From an uncultured Bacteroides sp. (GTDB lineage Bacteria; Bacteroidota; Bacteroidia; Bacteroidales; JACABE01): DNA of 64,000 bases. Where the stretch lies: assembly GCA_964496885.1 (NCBI GenBank), contig CAZCBG010000008.1:4354-68353 (forward strand), given 5' to 3'. The notes under the pieces are model-generated. The model saw only the letters and a list, made by a program, of their open reading frames with translations, ran no database searches and was not told where the DNA came from. The position numbers and the translations under genes are program-made. Shown piece after piece: positions 45,898 to 56,390 of the stretch. Numbering within the stretch: position 1 is the stretch's first letter; each line of letters begins with the position of its first letter.

Positions 45898-45935
45898 ATA
45901 AAAAAAACGCTGGAAATTTCCAGCGTTTTTTTTAT
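45898..45935. terminator. Perfect 38-bp palindrome, bidirectional terminator between convergent fusA2 and engB
   Basis: Core aaaaaaacgctggaaa|tttccagcgttttttt. Confidence 0.85.
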
Positions 45936-45978
45936 AATATAAGCGAAAGCAAAATTCAAATTTCAAATCACACTAGTT

Positions 45979-46581
45979 CTATATATTAAAAAGCAAATTA
46001 GTTTTTTCAATATAATTTAGAATTTCGTCTTTTCCAAGCGTTGATTTTGATGAACTAAAAATCATTTCGGGCAATTCTTCCCATTGTTTTAATAATTCAT
46101 TTTTATAAACACTCACACCATGTCCCAATTGATTGGGCGTTATTTTATCAGTTTTGGTAAACACTATTACAAATGGCAATTGCATAGTTCCCATCCATTC
46201 AATAAATGCAATATCTTTTTTCTGAGGTTCTATTCGGGAATCAACAAGTACAAAAGTAGTCATAAGATTCTCTCTGGTTTCAATATAATCTTCTATCATT
46301 CTCTGCCATTTCGATCTTTCTTTTTTAGATGATCTTGCATAGCCATATCCGGGTAAATCGACAATATACCAGGTTTTATTAATTAAAAAATGATTGATTA
46401 GTTTAGTTTTCCCAGGTGTTGAAGAAGTTTTTGCCAGATTATTATTACCGGTTAACATATTGATTAATGATGATTTACCAACATTTGAACGTCCTATAAA
46501 GGCATATTCAGCTAAATCGGGTTTTGGACATTTATTGATATTCTCATTGCTAATTACAAAGAGCGCTTCTTTTATGAGCAT
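45979..46581 (-). CDS. engB: Ribosome biogenesis GTPase EngB/YihA/YsxC
   Basis: GRSNVGKSS, STPGKT, DLPGYG, TKTD. Confidence 0.95.
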   Translation of the reverse strand: MLIKEALFVISNENINKCPKPDLAEYAFIGRSNVGKSSLINMLTGNNNLAKTSSTPGKTKLINHFLINKTWYIVDLPGYGYARSSKKERSKWQRMIEDYIETRENLMTTFVLVDSRIEPQKKDIAFIEWMGTMQLPFVIVFTKTDKITPNQLGHGVSVYKNELLKQWEELPEMIFSSSKSTLGKDEILNYIEKTNLLFNI

Positions 46582-46651
46582 TTTTTAAAGTTAATGTAAA
46601 TATTAATTGAGTTAATTTAGCAAATTCTGTATTGATAAGTATATTTATTTC

Positions 46652-46679
46652 AAAAGCTTACATTAAGAAGTAAGCTTTT
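46652..46679. terminator. Hairpin, probable terminator of the acyltransferase pair
   Basis: aaaagcttac-attaagaa-gtaagctttt. Confidence 0.55.
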
Positions 46680-46697
46680 TTAGATAATTCTGCTTTT

Positions 46698-47630
46698 TTA
46701 AAGCGTTTTTTTATAAGTAGCAATATGACGGTGCTTTTTAATATCATAAATATCGTTGATAGTCACCAAAATACCTGTTTCCTCTACTTCGCCAAAATGG
46801 TGATTAATGGCCGTACCAAATGTTTTCATCGTTGATGATAAATTCATATACGCATTCACGAGTGGAGGAATGGATTCATTAAATCTTCTAACATTTTTCA
46901 TTAAAATCCTGTAATCCTCATCGTAATTATTTTCATGAAAAGTATTAGTAAGCTCCTCGATATCTGTAACTAAATTTAATGCCCGGTGAGGATATACCAG
47001 ATTTTCATGATCGGGAAAATATTTTTTCAAGAAGAAAAGGATCATGTCTCTTGCTGTTATATTAAAACGAGGATACATGGTTATTTTTCCAAAAAAATAT
47101 TTCATTTCAGGATATTCTAAGGTAATTGCACCCAGACCATCCCATAAATTATCCAGAGAAAAAATTCCTTTGCGAATATTATAAGTTGGTTGATAATTAG
47201 GTTGTACCCACGATCTTCCCAATTCGATGGTATAAGGTAAATAATCACGGTTAAAATGCTCAGAAAAATGAAATAGTTCAGCAGTAGCACTAAAAGGTGC
47301 ACCATTATTATCAAATTTGATTTTATCACCATTTATAAAACGGTAGCCACCGATAATTTCCTGTTCTTCGGGATTCCAAACCAATAATTGTTGGTAAGGA
47401 ACTTCTGAAGTATCATATTCATCAATATCTACTTCCTTGCCAGTACCACCCCCTGCATCTCTAAAACTCATTTCACGTAAACGGCCTATTTCGAGCATAA
47501 TATTGGGAGAATTATGGTAGGTTATGATATAAATTTCCTTGTTGCCATTATTGGTTTTTCTTAAAAATTTATCTTCAGTCAATTCATTTTTAATCAATCG
47601 CTTATCAATAGGTGAGATTATGTTTTTCAT
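46698..47630 (-). CDS. glsB: GNAT N-acyltransferase, OlsB/GlsB-like amino-lipid synthase
   Basis: EIGRLREMSFRDAGGGTG..DIDEYD, IIGGYR, IELGRSWV, LDNLWDGL; paired with a PlsC-type gene upstream of mraZ. Confidence 0.75.
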   Translation of the reverse strand: MKNIISPIDKRLIKNELTEDKFLRKTNNGNKEIYIITYHNSPNIMLEIGRLREMSFRDAGGGTGKEVDIDEYDTSEVPYQQLLVWNPEEQEIIGGYRFINGDKIKFDNNGAPFSATAELFHFSEHFNRDYLPYTIELGRSWVQPNYQPTYNIRKGIFSLDNLWDGLGAITLEYPEMKYFFGKITMYPRFNITARDMILFFLKKYFPDHENLVYPHRALNLVTDIEELTNTFHENNYDEDYRILMKNVRRFNESIPPLVNAYMNLSSTMKTFGTAINHHFGEVEETGILVTINDIYDIKKHRHIATYKKTL

Positions 47631-47662
47631 AATAATTATTTTTCTTGTTAAGTAATTTGATT

Positions 47663-48520
47663 CTATTTAAAAAAACTTGTATCGGATTTATTTTCAAGTG
47701 AATATACATGATTCTTTAACTTTTCAGCCCATTGTTGATCTGTAAATTCTTTGTCAAAGATAAGGTATGAAATTGGTTTCCCCAAAATAATTTTAATTGT
47801 TTTATTTTTCTGCTTATACATTTCATCAACCAGATAAAGCATTTCGAAATTAACTTTTAAACCGATCTTTTCACGTATCATGGCCAGGTTATAAAAAAAA
47901 TTGGAATTCATACCATCAATAAATACAGGAATGATATCTCTCTGGTACTGTTTGGCCTTGGTTATAAATGTTTTTTTCCATTCAAGGTCTTTGATAATAC
48001 CTCCTTTTTGTTTACGGGAAACCAATCCAGCCGGAAAATACAACATCATTGAATTTGACCTAAAAGCCTGCTCCAGCATCTGAATATTTTCTGTATTTTT
48101 ACCATGTTTATTAATAGGTACAAAAATTGGTTTAAGCTGTTGAAGGTTCATCAACAGATCATTAACAGGGAAAAGAAAATCTTTTCTACAGTTTCCAATT
48201 CTAGAGATCAATGCCAGACCATCCATTCCCCCTAAAGGATGATTGGAAGCAATGATATACCTTCCATCTTTCGTAATATTTTCTAAGCCAACTACTTGTA
48301 TATTTACACCAAAATCCTCTAAAATTGCTGTTGCAAAATCAGCACCAATTTTGTCACGATTTTTGAAAATGGCTGCATTTAATTCATCCATATGAATCAC
48401 CTTTTTTAAGTAATTCATTACAAATCGGGGAATAAATTTTAAGATTTTAGGGTTTTTACCGCCTATAATCCGCTCTAAATCAAGGAATTTTTCCGATATT
48501 TCGGACTGATGATTTTCCAA
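47663..48520 (-). CDS. glsA: PlsC-family O-acyltransferase, OlsA/GlsA-like
   Basis: HX4D motif NHPLGGMDG; FPAGLVSR. Confidence 0.72.
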   Translation of the reverse strand: MENHQSEISEKFLDLERIIGGKNPKILKFIPRFVMNYLKKVIHMDELNAAIFKNRDKIGADFATAILEDFGVNIQVVGLENITKDGRYIIASNHPLGGMDGLALISRIGNCRKDFLFPVNDLLMNLQQLKPIFVPINKHGKNTENIQMLEQAFRSNSMMLYFPAGLVSRKQKGGIIKDLEWKKTFITKAKQYQRDIIPVFIDGMNSNFFYNLAMIREKIGLKVNFEMLYLVDEMYKQKNKTIKIILGKPISYLIFDKEFTDQQWAEKLKNHVYSLENKSDTSFFK

Positions 48521-49103
48521 TGCTAATGTTCTTTTTCGTTAAATTAGCTACAAAGTTACGATAAACAGACAAAAAAAACCATTATTTATATTAAATCATT
48601 ATTAATTTTAAGTATTACCGTCAAATTTATTTGCAATTAATTGCTTCAATTAATGAAATTATACAATTCCAATATTAAGGTTTAGGCTAATAAATTACTA
48701 ACAATAGGCTTTAGCCGAAGAAATAAGAAATGATTTTCAATTTTGAAAATGATTATTTCGAAATATGAAATTGAAAGTCTAATAATAAATTAAGCCTCGC
48801 ATTCTATTTTAAATCCAAGTATAAAAAATTCTAAAAAACATATTAGAAGCATTAGAAATCTTTCATTCCAAAAAATCAAATCATACTTTCTAAATATTGC
48901 AAATTTTAGTTTTAAATCCAAAAGTTATGAACAATTTTAATTTTTGAGATTTTTAAATTTCCCAAAGAAAAAATAAGGAAAATACCTCTTTCCATAGAAA
49001 TATCACATCAAAAAAATATTCTAATTATTTCATATACTGTTTATTATATCAGCTCAAAATTAAACGAAACCTTTTAATTGAAACAACGTATAAAAAATTA
49101 CAA

Positions 49104-49151
49104 ATGGGATTATTTGGATTTTTATGGAAAATTTATTAACAAAATGGGATT
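49104..49151 (+). promoter_or_regulatory. MraZ-binding direct repeats in the dcw promoter
   Basis: atgggat (49104), ttggatt (49114), atggaaa (49124), atgggat (49144): 10-bp period, like the TGGGN repeats bound by MraZ. Confidence 0.65.
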
Positions 49152-49199
49152 ATATCATTTTTTGATGTACATTTACATCCTCAAATATTAAAGTAGAAA

Positions 49200-49655
49200 A
49201 TGCTGAAAGTCATAGGTAAAGATTATTGCACAGTGGACTCAAATGGAAGGTTTAAATTTCCTTCCAGTTTGAAAAAACAACTTATCAGTGTGATTGATAG
49301 TGGTTTCGTGATGCGTGAAAGCATCTACGGTGACTATCTTGAGCTTTATCCTATGGATGTTTGGGGTGATGAAATTGAAAAAATCAGAAAAAAACTTAAT
49401 CCATATAATCCTAAAGATATCATTCTTATCCGCAAACTATCGGAAGGGAACAAAGTAGAACTTGACAACAACGACAGACTGCTTATTCCCGGAGATCAGA
49501 AGAAAGCCAAGAGTATCAACAAAGACATTATTCTGGTATCCAGGATAAACATCTTTGAAATTTGGGATGTTGAAAAATACAATGAAGTAAATAACTCAAC
49601 AATGGATTATGTTGCATATGCTAATGAAAGAATAGGACAGTTCGATAACGAATAA
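49200..49655 (+). CDS. mraZ: Division/cell-wall cluster transcriptional repressor MraZ
   Basis: VDSNGRFKFP and LDNNDRLLIP SpoVT/AbrB repeats. Confidence 0.92.
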   Translation: MLKVIGKDYCTVDSNGRFKFPSSLKKQLISVIDSGFVMRESIYGDYLELYPMDVWGDEIEKIRKKLNPYNPKDIILIRKLSEGNKVELDNNDRLLIPGDQKKAKSINKDIILVSRINIFEIWDVEKYNEVNNSTMDYVAYANERIGQFDNE

Positions 49656-49664
49656 TAGCACACA

Positions 49665-50561
49665 ATGTATCATAACCCGGTTTTGTTAATTGAAAGCATC
49701 GAAGGCTTATCAATCAAACCCAATGGAACTTACGTAGATGTTACCTTTGGTGGCGGTGGTCATTCAAGAGAAATACTGAAACACCTGGACGAAAACGGAA
49801 AACTTTATGCTTTCGATCAGGATGATGATGCATTGGCCAATACGATTGATGACGAAAGATTCATTCTCATCAACAACAATTTTAAATTCCTGAAGAACTT
49901 CCTGAAATTATATGCGGTCACTCCGGTAGATGGCATATTGGCTGATTTAGGCATTTCATCCCATCAGATTGACATTCCAGAGAGAGGTTTTTCAACCCGA
50001 CACAAAGGAGAGCTTGATTTAAGAATGAACCGCAATCAAATTAAATCGGCAAAAGATGTCATTAATAATTACACCGAAGAAGAACTGAAAATGGTTTTTC
50101 AGGAATATGGAGAAATCCCGAATTCATGGAAATTGGCAAGAACCATCGTTGAATATCGCAAAACACGAGAAATTACAGATACTGAACAATTTATTGAAGC
50201 TATTCAAAGCTGTGTACCTAAGAAAATAGAAAACAAATACCTGGCTATGCTTTTTCAGGCTATCCGGATTGAAGTAAACGAAGAACTGGATGTACTCAAG
50301 GAATTATTAATTCAGAGTACCGATTGTCTAAAAGCCGGGGGAAGACTGGTTGTAATTTCATATCATTCACTCGAGGATCGTTTGGTTAAAAACTATATGA
50401 AATCAGGAAATTTTAAAGGTGAACTTGAAAAGGATTTTTATGGCAATACGTTTCCTCCTTATAAATTAATCAGCCGCAAACCAATTACACCAGAAGAAAA
50501 TGAGGTTGTAAGAAACAACCGTTCGAGAAGTGCAAAATTAAGAATCGCTGAAAAAATCTGA
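49665..50561 (+). CDS. rsmH: 16S rRNA m4C1402 methyltransferase RsmH
   Basis: HNPVLL, DVTFGGGGHS, DLGISSHQID, SYHSLEDR, NNRSRSAKLR. Confidence 0.97.
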   Translation: MYHNPVLLIESIEGLSIKPNGTYVDVTFGGGGHSREILKHLDENGKLYAFDQDDDALANTIDDERFILINNNFKFLKNFLKLYAVTPVDGILADLGISSHQIDIPERGFSTRHKGELDLRMNRNQIKSAKDVINNYTEEELKMVFQEYGEIPNSWKLARTIVEYRKTREITDTEQFIEAIQSCVPKKIENKYLAMLFQAIRIEVNEELDVLKELLIQSTDCLKAGGRLVVISYHSLEDRLVKNYMKSGNFKGELEKDFYGNTFPPYKLISRKPITPEENEVVRNNRSRSAKLRIAEKI

Positions 50562-50562
50562 T

Positions 50563-50976
50563 ATGAGTAAAAACGTAATCAAAGAACCCATAGTAGAAAA
50601 CAAAAAGCCTAAGAAAAAATTTAAGCTGAAGATGAAATTACCTTCAGCTAAAAATACGACGATTGGAAGTGCATTCAACGAAATGCTAGAAGGCACCTTT
50701 CTTACAAGGAAAAGTGTCATCAAACTGCTTCCGTTGGGGGTTTTTATTAGTTTATTAATGGTGGTTTATATTGCAAATAACTATTGGTCGATCAAGAGTT
50801 TCAGGGAAATGTACAAGTTAAAAAAAGAATTGAAAGAATTGCGTTTCGAGCATATTACAACAAAATCGGATTTTATGTATATCAGCAAACAATCTGAAGT
50901 TGCAAAAAAACTTGATACGATGGGTATCAAAGAATCAACCGTTCCTCCTCAAAAGTTTTTTTATAAAACCAATTAA
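50563..50976 (+). CDS. ftsL: FtsL-like cell division protein
   Basis: Single TM helix followed by coiled coil LKKELKELRFE; lies between rsmH and ftsI. Confidence 0.85.
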   Translation: MSKNVIKEPIVENKKPKKKFKLKMKLPSAKNTTIGSAFNEMLEGTFLTRKSVIKLLPLGVFISLLMVVYIANNYWSIKSFREMYKLKKELKELRFEHITTKSDFMYISKQSEVAKKLDTMGIKESTVPPQKFFYKTN

Positions 50977-50991
50977 ATAACATTTTTTCAA

Positions 50992-53673
50992 ATGAAAGAT
51001 GAAAATAAAGACATAGTGTGGAGGATTAAGCTCATTTATTTAGGTGTGCTTCTTTTTGCGCTTGTTATCATCTATAGAGTAATTACCATTCAATTTATAG
51101 AGGGTGATATTTGGCGTAAACGTGCTGAAAATCTGACCTTACGTTATGAAAGTGTTGAAGCGATCAGAGGTAATATCATTTCTTCCGATTCCAACTTATT
51201 AGCTACTTCTATCCCAATATTTGATGTAAAATTAGATTTGGATAATACAGTTATTCCAGGAGATACTTTCAAATTTTATTTAAATGCTTTATCTGATAGT
51301 TTGTCGAGAATTTTTCCTGAAAAAAGCAAAGAAGATTTTAAAAATCTATTAATAATTGGCAGACAAAAAGAAGAGAGAGATTTCCTGTTACGAAGAGATA
51401 TTGATTATACTCAACTTAAACGAATGAGAGGTTTCCCTATACTTAAAAGAGGGAAATACAAAGGAGGCTTTATTGTTGAAGAAAAAGATTATCGCAAAAT
51501 GCCTTTCAAAGAATTAGGCAGCAGAACGATAGGATATAAAAATATAAAAGAAAACTTATACGTTGGACTCGAAGGAGCTTACAGCAAAGAATTAGAAGGC
51601 ATCAGTGGGAAAAGACTGATTCGGAAAATTGCCAATGGAATATGGCGCCCTGTTGAACGCGATAATCAGATAGAACCTGAGAATGGCAAAGACATCGTTA
51701 CTACCATTGATATTAACATTCAGGATGTAGCTGAACATGCATTAAGGAAATGCCTCGATTCGAATGAAGCCGACCATGGTTGTGCTGTTTTGATGGAAGT
51801 AGAGACAGGCTATATTAAAGCAATTGCTAATTTAAAGCGACACAAAGACGGCAGTTATGGAGAAGACATAAATTATGCAATCTGGGAAAGTGCAGAACCT
51901 GGTTCCACTTTTAAGTTGGCATCCTTGATCTCTGTTTTAGAAGATGGTAAATTCGATACCAATGAATTGGTAAATACAGGAAAATGTACTTACGCTGACA
52001 GAACCATGGAAGATTCACATGAACAAGGTTATGGAAGAATATCTCTAGCAAGGGCTTTTGAAGTTTCTTCTAATGTTGGAATCTCAGAAATTGTGTACCG
52101 AACATTTAAAGATAAACCTCAAAAATATATTGATTTTCTTTACGATATGTCACTCAACAAGCCCCTTGGCTTAGATATTAAAGGTGAAGGACTTCCATTT
52201 ATAAAGAATACCAAAAATTCAACATGGTCAAGAACATCATTACCCTGGATGGCTATTGGTTACGAATTGCAATTAACCCCTTTACAAACACTAACTTTAT
52301 ACAATGCCATTGCCAATAAAGGTAAAATGGTAAAACCGCTGTTTGTAAAGGAAATTCTTCAAACAGGCAAATTGGTTGAGAAAAAAGATGCAATAATTAT
52401 CAATAAATCAATCTGTTCTGAAAAAACACTTAATAAAGTTCAGGCAATACTTGAAGGAGTTGTGGAACACGGCACAGCAAAACATTTAATGAACACTGTT
52501 TATAAAATTGCAGGAAAAACAGGAACAGCAAAGATAGACTATGGAAAAAACAAAGACAGCAAGGTGTACAGAGCTTCTTTTGTGGGATATTTTCCTGCTG
52601 ATAAGCCCAAGTATTCTTGCATTGTAATTGTAAACAATCCAACTAAAGGACAATATTACGGAGGAGCTATTGCCGCACCGGTATTTAAGGAAATAGCTGA
52701 CAAAGTATACGCAACACAACTCGACATCCATCAGGCAAATAAAAACATGAATGCAAAGATTGCCATTCCATATGTTACCGCTGGAAATCAACAGGAACTA
52801 TTTACAATCTACACTACTTTAAACCTCCCCTTTCTAACAAATAACTCAAATGCACAATATATAGCAAGCCAAAAAATTGATAGCCTACAGAAATATATTC
52901 CAAAAAATTTCAACCCAAAACTAGTCCCTGATGTAAATGGAATGGGAGTAAAAGAAGCTGTTTATTTACTTGAAAAATCTGGCCTAAAAGTCAATATCAG
53001 CGGTAAAGGAAAAGTTATTGGGCAATCTATTCCTGCTGAAACTCCAATCCTGAAAGGTTCCATTATTTTCTTAACCTTAAGCAATCCAGCTTTTGATTTT
53101 AAGAATAAGATCGTCGCAAAACCAATACTTGCAGCAAATACCTTGAATAAAGATAGTCTGGCAAAGGAAGTTGTACTTTCTGACAACAAAAACATTAAAA
53201 CGCTTAAAGTAAAAAAAGATGAAAGCACTGAAAAAAACAAAGCCGTCGAAATGCTAAAAATAATACCAAAAGATAACGGGAAAATCAAGGGAAAAGACAA
53301 ACTAACGGAGAATGCAAAAGATAAAACAAAAGCCAAAGGAAAAGAAAATTCAAAAGAAAAGCTAACAGAAAAACCAAAAGATAAAGCAAAAGCTTTGGAA
53401 AAAGAGAATCCTAAAGTAAAAGATAAAGCAAAAGTTAAGGAAAAAGAGAAACCTAATAAAGCAAAAGTAAAAGATAAACCCAAAGAAAAAGTAAAAGATA
53501 AAGCAAAATCAAAAGAGCTGAACAAAAAGACAAAAAAAACAGAAGTTAAAATCAAGAAAAAAGTTGACCCGAAAAAAGCAGTTAAAAAAACAGAAAAGAG
53601 TAAAATAACAGAGAAAAAACTGATCAAACAAATCGATAAGAAATCAACAAAGAAATCAACAAATAATAACTAA
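50992..53673 (+). CDS. ftsI: Penicillin-binding protein 3 (FtsI) with PASTA domain and a long Lys-rich C-terminal tail
   Basis: EPGSTFK (SxxK), SSN, KTGT; PASTA VPDVNGMGVKEAVYLLE. Confidence 0.95.
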   Translation: MKDENKDIVWRIKLIYLGVLLFALVIIYRVITIQFIEGDIWRKRAENLTLRYESVEAIRGNIISSDSNLLATSIPIFDVKLDLDNTVIPGDTFKFYLNALSDSLSRIFPEKSKEDFKNLLIIGRQKEERDFLLRRDIDYTQLKRMRGFPILKRGKYKGGFIVEEKDYRKMPFKELGSRTIGYKNIKENLYVGLEGAYSKELEGISGKRLIRKIANGIWRPVERDNQIEPENGKDIVTTIDINIQDVAEHALRKCLDSNEADHGCAVLMEVETGYIKAIANLKRHKDGSYGEDINYAIWESAEPGSTFKLASLISVLEDGKFDTNELVNTGKCTYADRTMEDSHEQGYGRISLARAFEVSSNVGISEIVYRTFKDKPQKYIDFLYDMSLNKPLGLDIKGEGLPFIKNTKNSTWSRTSLPWMAIGYELQLTPLQTLTLYNAIANKGKMVKPLFVKEILQTGKLVEKKDAIIINKSICSEKTLNKVQAILEGVVEHGTAKHLMNTVYKIAGKTGTAKIDYGKNKDSKVYRASFVGYFPADKPKYSCIVIVNNPTKGQYYGGAIAAPVFKEIADKVYATQLDIHQANKNMNAKIAIPYVTAGNQQELFTIYTTLNLPFLTNNSNAQYIASQKIDSLQKYIPKNFNPKLVPDVNGMGVKEAVYLLEKSGLKVNISGKGKVIGQSIPAETPILKGSIIFLTLSNPAFDFKNKIVAKPILAANTLNKDSLAKEVVLSDNKNIKTLKVKKDESTEKNKAVEMLKIIPKDNGKIKGKDKLTENAKDKTKAKGKENSKEKLTEKPKDKAKALEKENPKVKDKAKVKEKEKPNKAKVKDKPKEKVKDKAKSKELNKKTKKTEVKIKKKVDPKKAVKKTEKSKITEKKLIKQIDKKSTKKSTNNN

Positions 53674-53677
53674 TCAA

Positions 53678-55126
53678 TTGAAAAAGCTAACAGATTTATT
53701 AAATAATTCAGGTGTCGTTCAAATTATTGGCGATACTCAACTTATTATTAGTAATCTAAGTTTTGATTCTCGCAACATTGAAAGTAATTCCGTTTTTATT
53801 GCAGTTAAAGGAAGTCAATCTGATGGCCATCAATACATTGCACAAACTATTGAAAAAGGAGCGATTGCTGTTGTATGTGAGGATTTGCCTGAAAAACTAA
53901 ACAAAGATGTTTGTTATATTAAAGTAGAAAACAGCAGTTTTGCCTTGGGAGAAATTGCATCTAACTTCTTCGACAGGCCTTCAGAAATGTTAAAATTAGT
54001 TGGAATTACTGGAACCAACGGTAAAACAACAAGCGTTACTTTGCTTTTTAATTTATTCAGGGGCTTAGGTTATCATGTCGGACTTCTTTCGACGATTAGT
54101 AATCGTATCAACGAAAATGAAATTGCTTCAACTCACACAACCCCTGATGCCATTCAATTGAATGCTTTACTCAAACAAATGGTTGATAGTGGATGTAGCC
54201 ATTGCTTTATGGAAGTAAGTTCGCATGCCATTGTTCAAAACCGGATTGCTGGACTTAAATTTTCTGGAGCAATCTTTAGTAATATAACCCATGATCATCT
54301 TGACTTCCATAAAACTTTCGCAGCTTATATCAAAGCTAAAAAATTGTTTTTCGACCATTTGAGTGAAGATGCTTTTGCATTGACAAATGCGGATGATAAG
54401 AATGGTAAAGTAATGATTCAGAATACAAAAGCTTCTAAATACTCTTACAGTTTGCTAACAATTGCTGATTTTAAATGTCGTATCATCGAAAATGAACTTC
54501 ATGGTTTATTTTTGAATATTGATGGCATTGAAACATCCACAAAATTGGTCGGTAAATTTAATGCTTATAATATACTAGCAGTATATGCTGCTTCCATTTT
54601 ATTAGGGGAAGACAAAATTGAGATTTTAAAACAACTGAGTATACTAGATGCTGCTGAAGGCCGCTTTGAATATATAAAATCCAAAAACAATATAACTGCA
54701 ATTGTTGATTATGCTCATACTCCGGATGCATTATTAAATGTACTGAAAACAATAGAAACCATACGAACGAAGACAGAACAATTGATTACGGTAGTAGGTG
54801 CAGGAGGAAACCGCGATGCACTTAAACGACCTGTTATGGCTAAAATTGCCAGTGAAATGAGTGATATGCTGATACTTACTTCCGATAATCCCCGTGACGA
54901 AAACCCTGAAGATATTCTTCATCAAATGGAAGAAGGAGTTGATATTTTATATAAACGTAAAATCTTAACAATCATTAATCGTAGAGAAGCTATTAAAACA
55001 GCCTGCGCAATGGCAAAATCGGGTGATATTATTTTAGTTGCCGGAAAAGGTCACGAAAAATATCAGGAAATTAAAGGAATAAAACATCATTTTGACGACA
55101 AGGAAATATTAACAGAATTTTTATAA
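53678..55126 (+). CDS. murE: UDP-MurNAc-tripeptide ligase MurE
   Basis: GITGTNGKTT, HTTPD, MEVSSH, DYAHTPDAL, DNPR. Confidence 0.97.
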   Translation: MKKLTDLLNNSGVVQIIGDTQLIISNLSFDSRNIESNSVFIAVKGSQSDGHQYIAQTIEKGAIAVVCEDLPEKLNKDVCYIKVENSSFALGEIASNFFDRPSEMLKLVGITGTNGKTTSVTLLFNLFRGLGYHVGLLSTISNRINENEIASTHTTPDAIQLNALLKQMVDSGCSHCFMEVSSHAIVQNRIAGLKFSGAIFSNITHDHLDFHKTFAAYIKAKKLFFDHLSEDAFALTNADDKNGKVMIQNTKASKYSYSLLTIADFKCRIIENELHGLFLNIDGIETSTKLVGKFNAYNILAVYAASILLGEDKIEILKQLSILDAAEGRFEYIKSKNNITAIVDYAHTPDALLNVLKTIETIRTKTEQLITVVGAGGNRDALKRPVMAKIASEMSDMLILTSDNPRDENPEDILHQMEEGVDILYKRKILTIINRREAIKTACAMAKSGDIILVAGKGHEKYQEIKGIKHHFDDKEILTEFL

Positions 55127-55135
55127 ACAATTGAT

Positions 55136-56389
55136 ATGCTGTACTATTTATTCGATTATTTACGCAATACTTTTGATTTCCCTGGAGCTGGTGTATTCCA
55201 GTACATCTCATTCAGGGCAGCAATGGCAGTGATTACATCATTATGTATTTCATTGCTATTTGGAAAAAGTTTAATAAACTATCTTACAAAGAAGCAGGTT
55301 GGTGAAACTGTTAGAGATTTAGGACTCGAGGGCCAAAAAGAGAAACAAGGTACTCCGACTATGGGTGGTCTAATTATTTTAGGTTCGATTTTAGTTCCAA
55401 CTTTATTGTTTTCAAAGATTAACAACATTTATGTGATCTTAATGATTGTTACTACGATATGGCTTGGAGTTATTGGTTTTTTGGATGATTACATTAAAGT
55501 TTTCAAAAAAGATAAGAAAGGGCTGGCCGGTAAGTTTAAAATTTTAGGTCAAGTGACACTTGGGCTGATAATTGGATTAACCATGTATTTTCATGAAGGA
55601 ATTGTAATCCGTGAAAAAGTTCAGGAAAGTCAGTTTGTTAAATCACATAATATTTTAAATGCTGCCAATTACGAAAAAGCAAAAGAAGTTTTTGCCAAAG
55701 AATCTGTAAAATCAACCAAAACAACGATTCCCTTTTTTAAAAATAATGAATTGGATTATTCCCTTTTAATTTCATGGACAGGAAAAGACTATCGAAACTG
55801 GGCATGGTTAATTTTTATTCCTATTATAATTCTGATTATAACCGCCGTTTCAAATGGCGCCAACCTTACCGATGGAATTGATGGTTTGGCGACAAGTACA
55901 TCTGCAATTATAGGTGCAACACTTGGCATATTGGCCTGGATTTCGGGTAATATCATATTTGCCAACTATCTCAATATTATGTATATTCCTAATATCGGAG
56001 AGTTGACAATATTTATAAGTGCATTTGTTGGAGCTACTATTGGGTTTTTATGGTACAATACTTATCCAGCCCAAGTATTTATGGGAGATACAGGAAGTTT
56101 GGCAATTGGTGGCATCATTGCAGTTTTAGCTATTTTAATTCGCAAAGAGTTGCTAATACCAATTTTATGTGGAATATTCCTGGTAGAGAACTTATCAGTG
56201 GTAATGCAGGTGAGTTATTTTAAATATACAAGAAGAAGATATGGTGAAGGAAAAAGAATTTTCAGAATGTCGCCCTTGCATCATCATTTTCAAAAACTTG
56301 GATATTCAGAACCTAAGATAGTTGTACGATTTGTAATTGTTGGATTAATGTTGGCTGTATTCACGATTGTAACATTAAAATTAAGATAA
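55136..56389 (+). CDS. mraY: Phospho-MurNAc-pentapeptide transferase MraY
   Basis: [38 protein letters not shown]. Confidence 0.97.
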   Translation: MLYYLFDYLRNTFDFPGAGVFQYISFRAAMAVITSLCISLLFGKSLINYLTKKQVGETVRDLGLEGQKEKQGTPTMGGLIILGSILVPTLLFSKINNIYVILMIVTTIWLGVIGFLDDYIKVFKKDKKGLAGKFKILGQVTLGLIIGLTMYFHEGIVIREKVQESQFVKSHNILNAANYEKAKEVFAKESVKSTKTTIPFFKNNELDYSLLISWTGKDYRNWAWLIFIPIIILIITAVSNGANLTDGIDGLATSTSAIIGATLGILAWISGNIIFANYLNIMYIPNIGELTIFISAFVGATIGFLWYNTYPAQVFMGDTGSLAIGGIIAVLAILIRKELLIPILCGIFLVENLSVVMQVSYFKYTRRRYGEGKRIFRMSPLHHHFQKLGYSEPKIVVRFVIVGLMLAVFTIVTLKLR

Positions 56390-56390
56390 A

